From: Gracilinanus agilis
Taxonomy: Eukaryota
Assembly (NCBI RefSeq): GCF_016433145.1
Contig: NC_058133.1
Coordinates: forward strand, 207,999,725 to 208,063,584
DNA length: 63,860 bases
Reading direction: 5' to 3'
Shown piece by piece: positions 49,420 to 63,700 of this stretch (the stretch's first letter is position 1; each line of letters starts with the position of its first letter). The notes under the pieces are model-generated. The model saw nothing but the letters and a program-made list of their open reading frames with translations, was not told where the DNA came from and did no database searches. The translations under genes and the position numbers were made by a program.

Positions 49420-49980
49420 TTAGCGCCTGCGTAATCTGGCAGGTTGCGAGTTTGCAGTGTGCACCACCCCTTTGCATGGATATGCCGAGCTTTCTTTAAG
49501 CAGCCTCGAGTCTGCGCCGAAGAATCTACCTCTGCCCCGTAGGCTCTGCTCCAGCCGCACAGCGCCTGCGCGGAGGTAGCGGCAGTGGGAACAGCACTAG
49601 TTCATTGACAAGTTATTACGCCGCGCCCTCCGCCACCAAGTCCTCCACGATCCCGTCAGCCCCGTGCCTGCCTGCCGGCCCCGGAGGATCCGTCTCGCCT
49701 TCCTCTCCTCCTCTTTCCCGTCCTGCTTTGCGGCACAGCGGCTAGATGGCAGCGGAGAAGCAGGTCCCGGGTGGCGGCGGAGGTGGTGGTGGCGGCGGCG
49801 GCGGCAGCGGCGGCGGCGGGGGACGCGGTGGCGGGGAAGAGAACAAGGAGAATGAGCTCCCTCCCGCGGGGTCGAAGGGAAACCGGCGGTTCGGGGACAG
49901 CCTGGGCCTGGAGAGTATCCTCGGCGGCATGGGCTTAGCCGGGCCCGGGCCGCAGTGACGACGTGTCTCTCCGGCAGCCG
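49420..49980 (+). promoter_or_regulatory. SRP68 CpG island / promoter and exon 1
   Basis: Very CpG/GC-rich, with GCGCCTGCGC NRF1-like motifs; spans the ATG at 49746. Confidence 0.7.
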
Positions 49981-52900
49981 NNNNNNNNNNNNNNNNNNNN
50001 NNNNNNNNNNNNNNNNNNNNNNNNNNNNNNNNNNNNNNNNNNNNNNNNNNNNNNNNNNNNNNNNNNNNNNNNNNNNNNNNNNNNNNNNNNNNNNNNNNNN
50101 NNNNNNNNNNNNNNNNNNNNNNNNNNNNNNNNNNNNNNNNNNNNNNNNNNNNNNNNNNNNNNNNNNNNNNNNNNNNNNNNNNNNNNNNNNNNNNNNNNNN
50201 NNNNNNNNNNNNNNNNNNNNNNNNNNNNNNNNNNNNNNNNNNNNNNNNNNNNNNNNNNNNNNNNNNNNNNNNNNNNNNNNNNNNNNNNNNNNNNNNNNNN
50301 NNNNNNNNNNNNNNNNNNNNNNNNNNNNNTTTCCCCCATTACCTCCCCCCCCCCCCCCCCCCCGAGCTTTCCTCTCTGTTGCCACCTTGTTCCTCTCCTT
50401 TCTTGGACCTTGATCGTGGAGGTGGGAGGTGAGGAGGAGATAGCTAAAAGACCCCCTTTTCTCCCCAGGCCCTGGAGAGTTGTTGTGCGCGCACACTTTC
50501 TTCTCTTTATACTCCTCTTTCTGCGGAAGAGGCCACCACGATGGCTTAGTCTTTGGCTTATGAATGTCACACTTTCAGCCCCCTTGTCATTGATAGCAAG
50601 GCAGGACTTATGCTCACCTAGTCGATGGTTCCTGAGCCTATCCTCAGAATACAGGTTGGTAAATGAGACTTTGTTGGTTTGGTTCCCCCTTCCCAGAAAT
50701 TGAGGCAGTCGTTAATACCTTCCAGGTTCAATAAGAGTTCACTATAGACAAATTCTTAACCAAAGTTTAAAAATTGTTCTAAAGGCATATTGTGCCTTGG
50801 GGGAAGGAGGAAAATCAGATGTGCTTGTCAGAAAGACCATTTTCTGGTTTTCTTTTAACTGTAAGAAGTGAATTGATGTATTATACCAGTTTGTAGCCTT
50901 CTATAAACTGTTTAAAAGAGTAAACATTTCTGTCACATCCAATGTGATAACTGAAAGCTGACATATGGTGTGAAGTCATATGTAGTGTCTGCTCATGAAC
51001 CAAGGCCATGGCTCCTTTTTAAAATGGTGTAGTTGCACATTTCAATTAAATGTTGCATGTACAGATAGTGTTAGAAGCTTCAAATTAACTGGATTAGAAG
51101 GCAATTAAATATTCTAGTGAGCATCTTTCTTGTTTTTGTTTTTCATTTTAAAGATTATACTTTGAAGGGGCAATTAGGTAGCTCAGTGGATAGAGAATCA
51201 GGTCTGGGGACAGGAAGACCTGGTTTCAAATCTGGGTTCAGACACTTAACTAGCTATGTAGCCCTGGGCAAGTCACTTAACTCTGTCTAGCCCTTGCCCT
51301 TCTGTCTTTGAGTTGTTTCTGGGACAGAAAGTTTTAAAAAAGAAGAAAGAATGCAGGTGGAAGATAAGGGGCCAAGTATATTTTTTAATATGCTGGCACC
51401 TACATTTTGGATACTAGGTATCAACCCAACAGATCAATCAGCCAGCATTTACTAAATGCCTACTATGTGCCAGGCACTGGACTAAGTGCTGGGGATACAA
51501 AAAGAAGCAGAAGACAGTCCCTGCCTTCATAGAGCTTACCATCTAATAGGGGAGACATCATGCAACAAACATGTATAAAGAAAGCCACATATAGAACAAA
51601 TAGGAGATAATTAGCAGAAAAAAGACACTGGTATTAAGGGAAGACTTCCTGTGGAAGATTGGGACTTACAGCCAAAGAGGTCAGTAGTTGGAGCAGAGAA
51701 GAGAGAGCATTCCAGATCCTGAGGACAGCTAGAGAAGATTCCTGGAGCCAAGAAATGGAATGTCTTTTCATGGAACAGCCAAGAGGCCAGTATCATTAGT
51801 TTAAAGAGGATATTTTGAGAAATAAAGTATGAGAAGACTAGAAAGGTAGAAGAGGGCTAGGTTATGAAGGATTTTGAATTCCAAAAAACATTTTATATTT
51901 GCTTCTGGAGACAATAGGAAGCAATAGGAGTTTATTGAGTGGGGGGTAAGGGAGGGGGTGACATCAGACCTATGCTTTAGGAAAATCACTTTAGTAGCAG
52001 GATGGATTTACATGGGGAGACTTGAGGTAGGCAGACCTACCAGCAGGCTATTTCAGTAATCCAGATATGAGATGAAAGCCTGCAGTAGAGTGATGCGATT
52101 ATTAGAGGAGAGAAGGGAACATATTTGAGATATGTTACAAAACTGAAATTGGCAGTCCTTGGTAACAGCTTAGAGATGGGGGTTGAGAGATAGTGAGGAA
52201 TCCAGGATGACTCCTAGATTGCAAACCTGAAGGACTGGAAAGATGCTGTTTCCTTCTATATTAATAGGAAGGTGGGAGTGGTGGGAAGAGAAAGTTTAGG
52301 GGGAAAGATGTCTCTTGGACATCCAGTTCAAGAAGTCCGAAAAGAGTTAGAGATACAAGATTGAATGTCAGCAGATTCAGCAGGCAAGGTAGATTTGAGA
52401 AACATCTGCATAAAGATAGTAATTAAATTCAGAGGAAATGTTAAGATCAAGTGAAGTAGTATATTTGGAGAAGAGAAGGCCCAAAACTGAACCCTGAGGG
52501 ACACCTGTGGTTAGAGGGCATGATCCAGAGGAGGATCCAGCAAAGACAGAGTGGTCTGATAGATAGCAGAATCAGAAGAGAATAAGCCCTGAAAGCCTAA
52601 AGAAAAGACAGTATAAAAGAGGAGAGAGTGATCAATAATGTCAAAAACTGCAGAGAGGTCTAGGAGAATGAGGATTTATTGGATTTGATTTGGCCTTTGG
52701 ATAACAGATCATTAGTAATTTTGGAGAAAGCAGTTTTGGTGGAATGATAAGATTGAAAACTGAATTGTAAGTAGTTAAGAGTGAGGAGAGAAAGTGGAGA
52801 TACTTATTGTAGATACCTTTTAAAGGAGTTTAGCTATAAAGGGCAGAAAAGATATAGGATGATAGAGTTGAAAGGATCAAGTGAGGTTTTCAGGAATAGG

Positions 52901-55900
52901 CATATTCTTAGGCACTAGGAAATGATCCAGTAAAGACTGAAAATAAGTGAGAGTGGAAATGACTGTGAACAATCTGTGAACAAGTAGAGGGGTTAGCCTT
53001 GGTAAGGAAGAAGGCCATTTAATTATGTGAGATGGGTGAAGAAGTGTCAGAAGGCTCCTGAGGGATAGGAATTGAAGAAGAAGGGAGTTCATGACATATT
53101 ACCTCAATTTTTTTTCTATAAAATGAGGCAGTGCTCTTAGCTGCTAAAATCAGGGAAGGAAAGAGCCATGGGAAGTTTGAAGAGAGATGAAGAAGTCTGG
53201 AAGAGTCCATGTGGAAAATGGGATATTGAATTGGCAAAAGAGATATAATAAGATTACCTAATAGCTGTGAGGGTCCATTTGAGGTTATATAACATAAACT
53301 TGTAGTGGAGCCTGTCAGAATGATTGCATCATTTTCTGTATCTTCTTTCAGCAGCATGTGTGTAGGAACAAAAGTGAGGAATGATGGAAGCGATCAAAGG
53401 CTGAGGTTTGACTGGAAGTAATTGACAATATAATAAAGAAGCTAGAGATTTAAGAGAAGACAGTGTAGAATTGAATTGATTCAGCAAGGGGGTCAAGAAG
53501 GGGAAACAGGAGAGAATGGCTAGTACAAGGTAGATAGCTAGGAAAGAACTGATCATTTCCCTGAGAACATATGCAACTGGAGCAAGTGTCTGATTTTTCC
53601 CACATCTTTAGATCTGTTCTTTGAGACTAGGGTAGTTATACCTGTAGTATTAGAATAGGTGCCCTTTTGTGTTATAGAAATTTTTTAAATAAATCCTACC
53701 AGTCTTCAAACAATTGTTTGGACATTTTCTCTGAGTGTACTTAGAGGAAAAAAGGAGCTTTTAACAAATCCTAGCTTTCTGCCTTAATTGAGTTTCCTAT
53801 TTGCTAAACAAAAGGAATGCAGGTAAGCAGATTAGTTTCCAATTTGGGAAGTAACTATAAAGAGTCAGCTATAATAGTAAATATTTATCTGAGTTTAAAT
53901 CCCAGCTTTGCTTCTTACTACCTATACAGCCTTGGGCAAGCCACTTAACATTTCAGAGTCTCAGGTCTCTCATTTGTAAAATAATATTGGTTCCCTTCCA
54001 ATCCTAAATTTTTGATCCTATAATCCTAGTGCCTCTAGCACTGAGTCTAAATAGAACATTGGATGTGTTTAGGTTTTGTTCAGGGAACTCTTAAAAGTAA
54101 TCTAAAGCACTTCAGTGTTTACTATCAGAAAATTGCCTATTCGAGCTCCTATTTTACAAAGTGATTCTTTGTGTAAAATAAAGAGCTAGTTCTTAAAATT
54201 ACAGAGTAGCGTTTCAGTGGTTAGTTTAGGAATGCTGAAAGAAATAAACCTGAACAAAGTTACTTCATAGTAGGAATATTTAGCAGAAATAAAACTTTGC
54301 TGGTTCCTTTATATGTTCATCATCTTACAGTATTTTAGGGTTGAGAAACACCTCAGAGGTCCTCTAGCCCAACTCCTAAAAATAAATTAATTCTCCCATC
54401 TTCCTAGATTTAAATCCTGGCTCTGTCACCCTCATCTGTAAAATAAAGGGATGAGACTAAGTGACTTTTAATTTTCCTTTGAGATTTAAATCTTATGTGA
54501 CAAGTGACTAGCTTCTGCTTGACTGATAAAGTCCCTTCGAACCCCAAATCTATGATCTTGTGACTTCCAGTGCAGGCAAATTCAATATCTCATGAGGCAC
54601 CTCCATTCTATTTTTGAACAACTCTAAAGTAAACTCAACAAACATCTATTAGACTTAGTACTATGTGCAAAGTACTGTACTAGGGTTATAAAACTAAATA
54701 TGACCTAGACCTTGTCTAGCCTATATTCTAATGGATGTAGGGAAAGGGATGAAGACTGCCACTAACTGTGGTATAAAGGTAATTGAGAGTATAAAGTAAA
54801 AAATAGAAAAGTGAAATGAAAAATCTGAGGAGAAAAAAATGACCACATTGTGGTGAGATGGGGAAACACTGGTGTGTGCTGTCAATTAAAACTATAGAGG
54901 ATATGGCACCCCAATTATACCTTGAAGGAAGGGACTTAAGATCTAGATGGGATGGTAAGGTTTAAAAGATAGGTATGGAAGCAGCAATGTGATCAAAAGC
55001 ATTAGAAAGGGGAGGGCATATCAAGAATAGGGAATTCATTCAACAAGCTTTTCTTCAGGCCCTATCATGTGTCAGGCACCGTGCTAGACATTGGGAGACA
55101 CAAACAAAAACAATAGTTCTTGCCCTCAAGGAATTTAAATTTTACTGGGGTCAAAAAATATGTTCACAGCTAAGTAGATACAAAGCTCTTTTGGGGGTAG
55201 GGAATTGGAGCACTAACAACTGAGGGGACCAGGACAGGCTTCTTGTGGGAAGTGACATATGGGGTGAGCTTTGAAGAAAGTAAAAGATTCTAAGAAACTT
55301 TTTAAAGAAGAGAATGCATTATAGGTATGAAGGATAGCCTGTGTAGAGGCCTGGAGATGAGGTATAACCTATCCTGTGTAGGAAGCAGCAAAAAGCAGTT
55401 TGGCTAGAATGTAGAATCTGTAATGGAGAGAGAGTAGTATGAAATCAACAGAGAAAAGTTGTTTGGTGCCAGATTGTTAAAGGCTTTAGATGCCAAACAC
55501 AAGGAGTTGGTATATTACCCTAGAGATAATAAGGAGTCACTGGAGTTTCTTGGTAGGGATTAAGGGAAAAGTAGGGATGATAATGTAGTCAGAAGAATGG
55601 TTTAGGGCTGTGGTGGTGAACTTATGGCATGTGTGCCAGAGGGGGCCCTCAGAACTCTGCCTGCTCTTGTCAGAGTTTTACTAGAAAGCCAGAGGGACAC
55701 AGGGATGGGATGCTCCCTTTCCCCCTCTCCATAAACATCTGAGGACATTTCTCACATCACCTGCCCCTCTAAAAGGTTCTCAATCACTGGTTTAGGGAAA
55801 TCAGTTTGATAGATTTTGTGGGGAGGATTAAAGGAGATGTAGGGAAATGAAACTATTGTAGTAGTACAGATGAGAGGTGATGAGGACCTGAACTAGGGTG

Positions 55901-58900
55901 GCATTGACTGTAAAGAGAATGGACAAGAATTATATTATGGATGTAGGATTTATAAGGTGTGGCAAATGTTTACTAAAGGTAAGAGAGAGGAAAAAATTGA
56001 GAATATCATGTTATAAACCTGGATGACTAGAAGGATGGTGATACCTTTAATGGAAGTAGGGAAATTAGGAGGAAAAATGGCTTTGGAAATAAAGATGAGT
56101 TCTGTTTTAGACCTATTGAATTTAATATGCCTATGGAACAGCTTGTTGGAAATGTTCTATTGCAACTGAGAGACATACTATCATTCAAAATTCTGTTCTC
56201 TTTCACTGCTCAATCTCTTATTCCTTTTCCCCCTTCCCTGCAATGTCTAACTCTAAAATTACCTGCCCCTTCAGCCATGGTCTCCGGAATGCCACAGGTA
56301 ACAAAGTACTTTATCTTAAATCTTTTCCTTTCCCAGTTCCTTATTCCTTCTGGCTCTCATTTAGACCTGTCTTCTTTCTGATGACATATAGTCTCCCCAG
56401 ATTCCCTTTCTAGCACTGACTGAACTTTAACTTATCCCCCCCCTACTTATTGGTTGAGATGGAAGAGTTGGAATACACCTTGCTTCCCATTGCCACTTCC
56501 AAATTCTCCCTCTTAACACCATCATTCAATGACCTCTCCTCTGAAGTTTATCCAATAAATATCTACCACTCCGTCACAATTCTGGTAGCTGTTGTCTCCT
56601 GATCTCCCAAGACATTTCCCTTCTTTCCTTGTTCCTGTTCAATTATTGGGAGACTTCAGCATACATTTGGATATTTTCTCAAACACCCAAACATCATAGT
56701 ACCTAAACTTATTTCATAAGACCTACTTCTCCACTTCAGCCACTATATAGACTATACAGATAGCCATACTATTGACTTCACCATCTCCCACAAATGCATC
56801 AGAAATTCCCTTATCTGATCACAATCTGTTGTCATTCTACTTTTCCTTTATGCCTGGTAATCCTAAACCCTGTTCTTTATCCACAAGGTGTCCTCCAGTC
56901 CCTTGAATCCTCAGTTTTTTCTCAGGCACCAACTACACATTTCTTCTCCGTTCCCCATCTTGATCTCTTAGTAAACTACTTCAAGTCTACACTGTCATCT
57001 TCTCTTGAGACCGTTGTCCCTTTAATGTATTGCAGATCTTGCCCTGCTAAACCTCAAACTTCAAATTACTCTGAATGACTCCTACCATCACCAGCCTTCA
57101 CTCTAGTCCTCCTGCTGAATGAAACTAGAGAAAATCATAAAACCATGCTGATTTGGGCTACCTCAGATTTATTTTATATAACCTCTTTAATTTAAGGCAA
57201 TTCTTTCATACACCTATAATTAATTCACTATTCCATCACCTCAGTGACTTTTCCAATCCTCTCAAACTTCCCATGTCTCCTTCTCCCGAAACCCTCTCAA
57301 CTTTGAACCTTGTGGTTTGCTTGTGTCTTACTCTTTGTGACCTCATGGTCCATAGCATGCCAGGTCTGTCTATCTTCCACTCTCTCCCAAAGTCTATCAA
57401 AGCTTCCAGGACACTTGATCTCATTCTCTTGTCATACTCTTCTTCTTTTCCCTTCAATCTTTCTCAGTATCGGCATATTTGAGCTTCAGTATTTATCCTT
57501 CCATAGTTAATCTGAATCAGTTTTAAGTATTGACTGATTTTATCTCCTTGCTATCCAGAACATCAAAGTTCAAAAGCATCAGAGGTGCTCAGTTCTTTAT
57601 AATCCAATTCTCACTGCCATCCATTACAGCTGGAAGAGCCTGAGAACCTTGCTTCACATTTTATTGAAAAATTTTGAAGCTATTCAGCAAGAATTCTCTC
57701 CTTCCTCCTCCATCACCCAGATGCCTTTTGCCACTATCTTCTTTTGTTTTATAAAGGGTAAAAATTATGATTGGACTGAATATTTGAGTAGGGTCAACAG
57801 GAGTTGATTACTCAATTTCAAATGATTTTTATGGTAATGTATTTACAAGTAAGAAAATCAGAGAGAGGACAGGGCAAGATAGCTAACCTAACATGCTAAG
57901 TATTTTGCTCTGGCCCCTTGCTCAACCCAGCCAGGGTTAATTAGTCCTCAGCTGGAGGGGCCTCATCCTTGAGCCGAGGGCCTGAGCAAGGGCTTCATTC
58001 ACAAAGCCTCTCTCAAGAAGGCAGGCCTCTCCTGAGGCTAGCCACTTCAGAAAATCCAGGAAAAGGAGTCAGTCTTCTTCACTTACCGACATGGTAGTTC
58101 TAAGGAGAAATAGAAAGCAGTCCAAGGTCCTCAGCCAGAGCTCCTCCAGGGTCCAGTTCAAGGTGAAAGAGCATCCCAGGAAGTTCTGGCCACTTTTAAA
58201 GACCATTCCTTTTGTCACTTCCTGTGCCTTCCTTCCATTTTACTTGTACCAATTACAGGCTTTTAAAGCTCTGCTTAGGACTTTCCAGGGGACAATCAGT
58301 CAGTCAATTCTGATTCATCACCCACTTTCACACACATGGGTTACAGACCTCCCCCACTCAAGTGAAAGTGAGGTGTATACACTTCTGGTGATTAAATCTA
58401 AAAATGGGCAGGATAGAGTTAATCCCATCTTCACAGTTTGCAATGTTTTTATGCTTTAGTACATGGTCCATCTTTGTGAATGTACCATGTGCTGCTGGAA
58501 AGAAGATGTATTCCTTTTTGTCCCTATTTATTTTTCTCCATATATCTATTAACTCTGATTTTCTAAGATTTCATTCACATCTCTTACCTTTTTCTTATTT
58601 ATTTTTTGGTTTGATTTATCTAGATCTGATAGAGGAAGGTTCAGATCTCCCACTAATATAGTTTTACTGTCAATTTCCCCCTTAAGCTCCACTAGTTTCT
58701 TTAAAAATCTGGATGCTATGCCATTTGGTGCATACATGTCGACTTCTGCTATTTCTTCATTGTCTATACTGCCTTTTATCAGGATGTAATTACCTTCCTT
58801 ATCTCTTTTAATCAGATCTATTTTTACTTTGGCTTTTTCAGATATCATGATTGTGGCTCCTGCTTTCTTTTTCTTGGTTGATGCCCAATAGATTTTTGCT

Positions 58901-60678
58901 CCAGCCTTTTACCTTTACCCTGTGTGTCTACCTGTCTCGTGTGTGTTTCTTGTAGACGGCATATGGTAGGATTTTGGTTTCTAATCTACTCTGCTATCTG
59001 CTTCCATTTTATGGGTGAGTTCATCTCTACCACTATCTTCTTAAAGAACAAAACAAAATGACATAATGCAGATCATATTCTTTAACTGCAAATCTAGGCC
59101 ATACTGCTTCCATTACTCAGTTGAAGTCTGTTTTCCTTGTAGACCTCTAAAATTGCCTAGAATGTTTTATACCTTTTTTATATGATAGCCTTTATGATAT
59201 TTAAAGAAAGATATCAGATAATCCCTTTGTGTTATTCTTTCAGATTAAATGTCTCTAATTCTCTAACTATGAACCTATAACATGGTTTTGAGGTATGAGC
59301 TTTGTTATCAGTTTTTCGGTGTCTGGATTTCATCAGTTTGGGAACACTTTTTAAACTATTTTCATTTCTGTAGAACAGCAGCTCTTATGTGTCTGGAACA
59401 AAGAGAATGTATAGTTGGAAAATCTTGAACCCCTGGAACTGCATTGTCCAGGATTCCTTTCTGTATTACCCACAGTTACTTTTCCTTTCTATTTATGTTC
59501 ATCTTTTGCATGATTGTATATAAGTTTTGGGTAACACCCTTCTCTCTCTTCCATGTGAATTGAGTGATGACTGGTCCTTGTTGCCCTAGCTCTCTCTTCC
59601 ACGTGAAGTGAGTGAGAAACATTCTCTGTGTTCTCTAGCTCTCTAGTTAAATATTAATAAATCTCTAGAAATATTATACTTTGGAGATATTGAATATTAA
59701 TTTTAAAATCCACAAGAAATAAAGTGACTTGTGGTCACATATCCTATGACGGAAATAGGAGTATCCCCAGTATTGTGTCATGCTGCTTCTTGCTTTGTTA
59801 ATTTCCCTCTTAAAATGTACTCATACCTAGACACAGAACATTCAAGGGGAGTCTGAACCAACAAAGTACCAGTGGTATTATTTTTTCTCGTTCTGGATAT
59901 TGTACTTTTGAGTTATGCAGCCCAAGATCTAATTAGCTTTTTTGGTTGCACCTTGTTAAATTGTATTTAACTTGCAGACAACTAAAATCTCCAATTCTTT
60001 TTCACATAAATTGACATTTAGCTGTGCCTCCCCCATCTTGTGCTTTTTGGCTTAACTTTTTTTAACATAAATGTGGGATGTTACACTTATCCATACTCTT
60101 TATTCTTTTCTGCGCACTTATCCATTCTCTTTGTTTTTTTCTGTGTCTCAAAAAGTGATCTCAAAATTATTTTTAAATGAATTTAAAATAATAAGGAAAG
60201 ATTATTTGGAATATATCATGGTAAGCTTTTCCTTAATCTTAGCACCAGTCCTTCAAATTATTAAGGAATCCCAACAGCAACATGGTTTACGGCATGGAGA
60301 TTTTCAGAGATACAGGTTAGTATGTTGAAGTCCTATGTGTGTAATTATGTTGATAGAAAATGTGTGTCACTTTAATATGTCTAAATTGATGTTTCAAAAT
60401 ATATAGTTAAATTCAGAGAAAGAACTGTGGGAGCAGAAACACAGAAGAAAAACAACTGCTTGATCACATGAGTTGATGGACTTATGATTGGGGATATAGA
60501 CTCTAAACATTCACCCTAGTGCAAATATCAATAATATGGAAATATGTCTTGATCAATAACACTTATAAAACCCAGTGGAATTACTTGTTGGTTACTGAAG
60601 GAGAGGTGGGAGGAGGGGAGGGAAAGAACATGAATCATGTAACCATGTAAAAATTTTCTTAATAAAATAAAATTAAAA

Positions 60679-60717
<39 letters not shown>

Positions 60718-63700
60718 AGAGGGCAGCTGGGTGGCTCAGTGGATTGAGAGCTAGGCCCAGAGAGGTCCTGGGTACAAATCTGGCCTCAGATGCTTCCTAG
60801 CTGTGTTACCCTGGGCAAGTCACTGGACACCCATTGCCTAGCTCTTACCACTCTTTTGCCTTAGAACCAGTTCACAGTATTGATTCTAAGGCATAAGGTA
60901 AGGGTTTAAAATATTATATATAGTTAACCTAAAACTTAAATTGTACCTCCCAAAACAGTTAATTTTTAAAAACTTATTCTCTATTGTTTTTTATTATTTC
61001 TTATTTCTTTATTTTTCTTAATTCAAAGATATTTTGTTTTCCCAATTACATGTAATAATAATTTTCATCATAGATTTTCCAAAATTATAAGATCTAAACT
61101 GTCTCCCTTCTTCCTCTTTCCTCCCGACTCTGGGAGATGATAAGCAATTTGATCTGGGCCATACATGTATTATCATGCAAAATACATTTTCACATTAGTC
61201 ATTGTTGTAGTAGCACACTCACACAAAACCAAAACCTCAAATTAAAAAGTATGCTTTGATCCTCATTCATCTGACTCCCAACAGTTCTTTCTCTGGAGGT
61301 GGGTAGTATTCCCTGAAATAAGTCCTTTAGAATTATTCTAGATCATTGCTGAGAGTAGCCAAGTTTTCACAGTTGATCATTATACTGTATTGCTGTTTCT
61401 GTGTCCAACGTTCTGGTTTTGCTTATGTCACTCTGTGTCAGTTCATGTAGATCTTTCCAGCTTTTTCTGAAATCATTCTGCTTAAAATTTCTTATAGCAG
61501 AGTAGTATTCCATCACCAATATACCACAGTTTGTTCATTCATTCCCCAATGGATGGGCATTCCTTCAATTTCAATTCTTTGCCACCACAAAAAGAGCTGC
61601 TATAAATATTTTTGTACAAGTAGGTCCTTTCTCCTCTTTTTTATTATCTCTTTGGGACACAGACCTAGTAGTGGTATTACTTTAATACAAAAGGTCAGTT
61701 TTTTGACAAATTGCCCTCCAGAATGGTTGGATCAGTTCGCAACTCAACAACAATGTAGTAGTGTCCTGATTCAAGACAATTAATTTAAAAAATAAACCCC
61801 TACACCTAAATCTAGTGAAAAGAGGCTTACTCATTCAACATGATAGAATTACAGATTCATTCATGAGAATATTTGCTAAAATTAAAAGTTATGATAATAA
61901 TATTTATATAGTTTTCATGGTTAGGGAGGTAATGTGAATATTATCCCCATTTTACAGGTGGCAAAAAGAGGGGTTCAGAAATTAACTTGTCATTCAGTAA
62001 TTCAGTATGCAATGTAGTAAGTATATTGCAGCACAGATTCAATTGCAGGTTTCCACCTCCAAGTTCAGGCTCTGTCCATCACACTGTCTTCAGTCATTGA
62101 ATTATCTGTATTATAACCTCAACTGTATATTTAGTAAAATTTAGTTCTTTGGGATTCATAATGTTGTACAGGAGGGTAAATGTTAGGGGTGGCATTATAG
62201 TTTTATTTGTAGCAAAACTTGGATGTAATCTTTTGTAGGAAAATAAATGTACTCAGATTGTAAATAATAAAATACTACATTGTAAGTTAACATTGTGTAA
62301 GACAGTATGATACTTTGCAATACTAAATATCAATCAATTTTATAGCAAGTCCAAGGTACCTCAAAAAGTCTTTGTGCAGTTTTAAGTCTATTAAAGCTTT
62401 TTTTGAGACAGTTAAATAGGTCAGTAGATAGAATGCCAAATGTGAGTTGGGAATACCTAGATTCAAATGTGGCCTCAGCCATTTCCTAGCTGTATAACCC
62501 TAGATAGTCACCTAACCCCAGTTGCCTAATCCTTGCCTCTCTTTTACAACAAGGTAAAGATTTATTATTTTTTTAAAAGAATTTTCGGGACATCTTAGTT
62601 TAAATACTCTGAGCGTATTAAAAAATGTATGGGCTTTCGTTTTAGATTAGAGAAGGGAAATGGACATCAATTTCTAATTGCTCTCTGATTCATTCCATTT
62701 ACTCTGATAATGCTTGCAGATTATTGAGAACTTAAAGGATATTTATAGTTGAATGCTGACTTCTTCATATAACACAATTTTTCACAAAGTCAAGACCCCT
62801 TTGTGACTCAAGAGCAGGCATAGAGCTACCTGTTTTAATCTGGATCTGCATTTTATAATGGTGGCACATTGGATGTATTTTGACAGTTTCATTTTTATTT
62901 TGGAAACTAATAAATTATTTTAAACATTTTCTTACATTATGTCAACTAGAAATCTCTTATTAACTGGCAAAGATTATGTATTTAAAGTTTCTGTAGGAAG
63001 TATGGCAGAGTGAATAGAATATTAATCTTGAAATCAGGAAGACCTGGGTATCCTCTTTGAATATTTACTTAGCCATACAACTCTAGGCAAGTCAGTTAAC
63101 TTCTTTGAGTCTGCTACCTCATCTGTAAAATGGGCATAAATTTTTATTTTTTTTTAAACCCTTGGAGTTTTTTTTTAAATGTCTTGGAGTCAATGGTAAG
63201 GTCTAGGCAATGGGGGTTAAGTGACTTGCCCAGGGTCACACAGCTAGGAAGTGTCTGAGGTCAGATTTGAACCTAGGACCTACCATCTCTAGGCCTAGCT
63301 CTCAATCCACTGAGCCACTCAGCTGCCACCACCCCCCTTTTTTTTATGGGCATAAATTAATAGCACCTAATCAAAGTTGTGAGTATAAAATGAGATAATG
63401 TATGTGAAGTGCCTTGCAGCCTATAAAGCAGTATATAAATGCAAGTTATTGTTATGTTAAAAAGGCAAATTGCAAGTAAACATATCTCCTCTGTGTGCTT
63501 AAAATTCTTTTTGGTATTTATATGTTGCCTTATGTTGTAATTTATTTATACTTTGTTTCCTCAATTACATATAAGTTCTTTGAGGGCATGGACTGATTTT
63601 TGCATTTTTCTGTATGTCACACAATATATAGTTAAATGCCTTATATAATTTAGTAGATGTTGAAGTAGTTTTGGTTGATGTATAAGTAAGTATAAAAATG

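Larger units (their letters stand above)
49915..60248 (+). other. SRP68: U12-type GT-AG intron (SRP68 intron 1)
   Basis: Donor GTATCCTC; branch site TTTTCCTTAAT at 60227-60237, with the branch A 12-13 nt from the 3' AG at 60247-60248; no polypyrimidine tract. Confidence 0.9.

Noticed and set aside
49597-50703. Long ORFs of 150-299 aa
   Set aside because: Artefacts of translating through the N gap.
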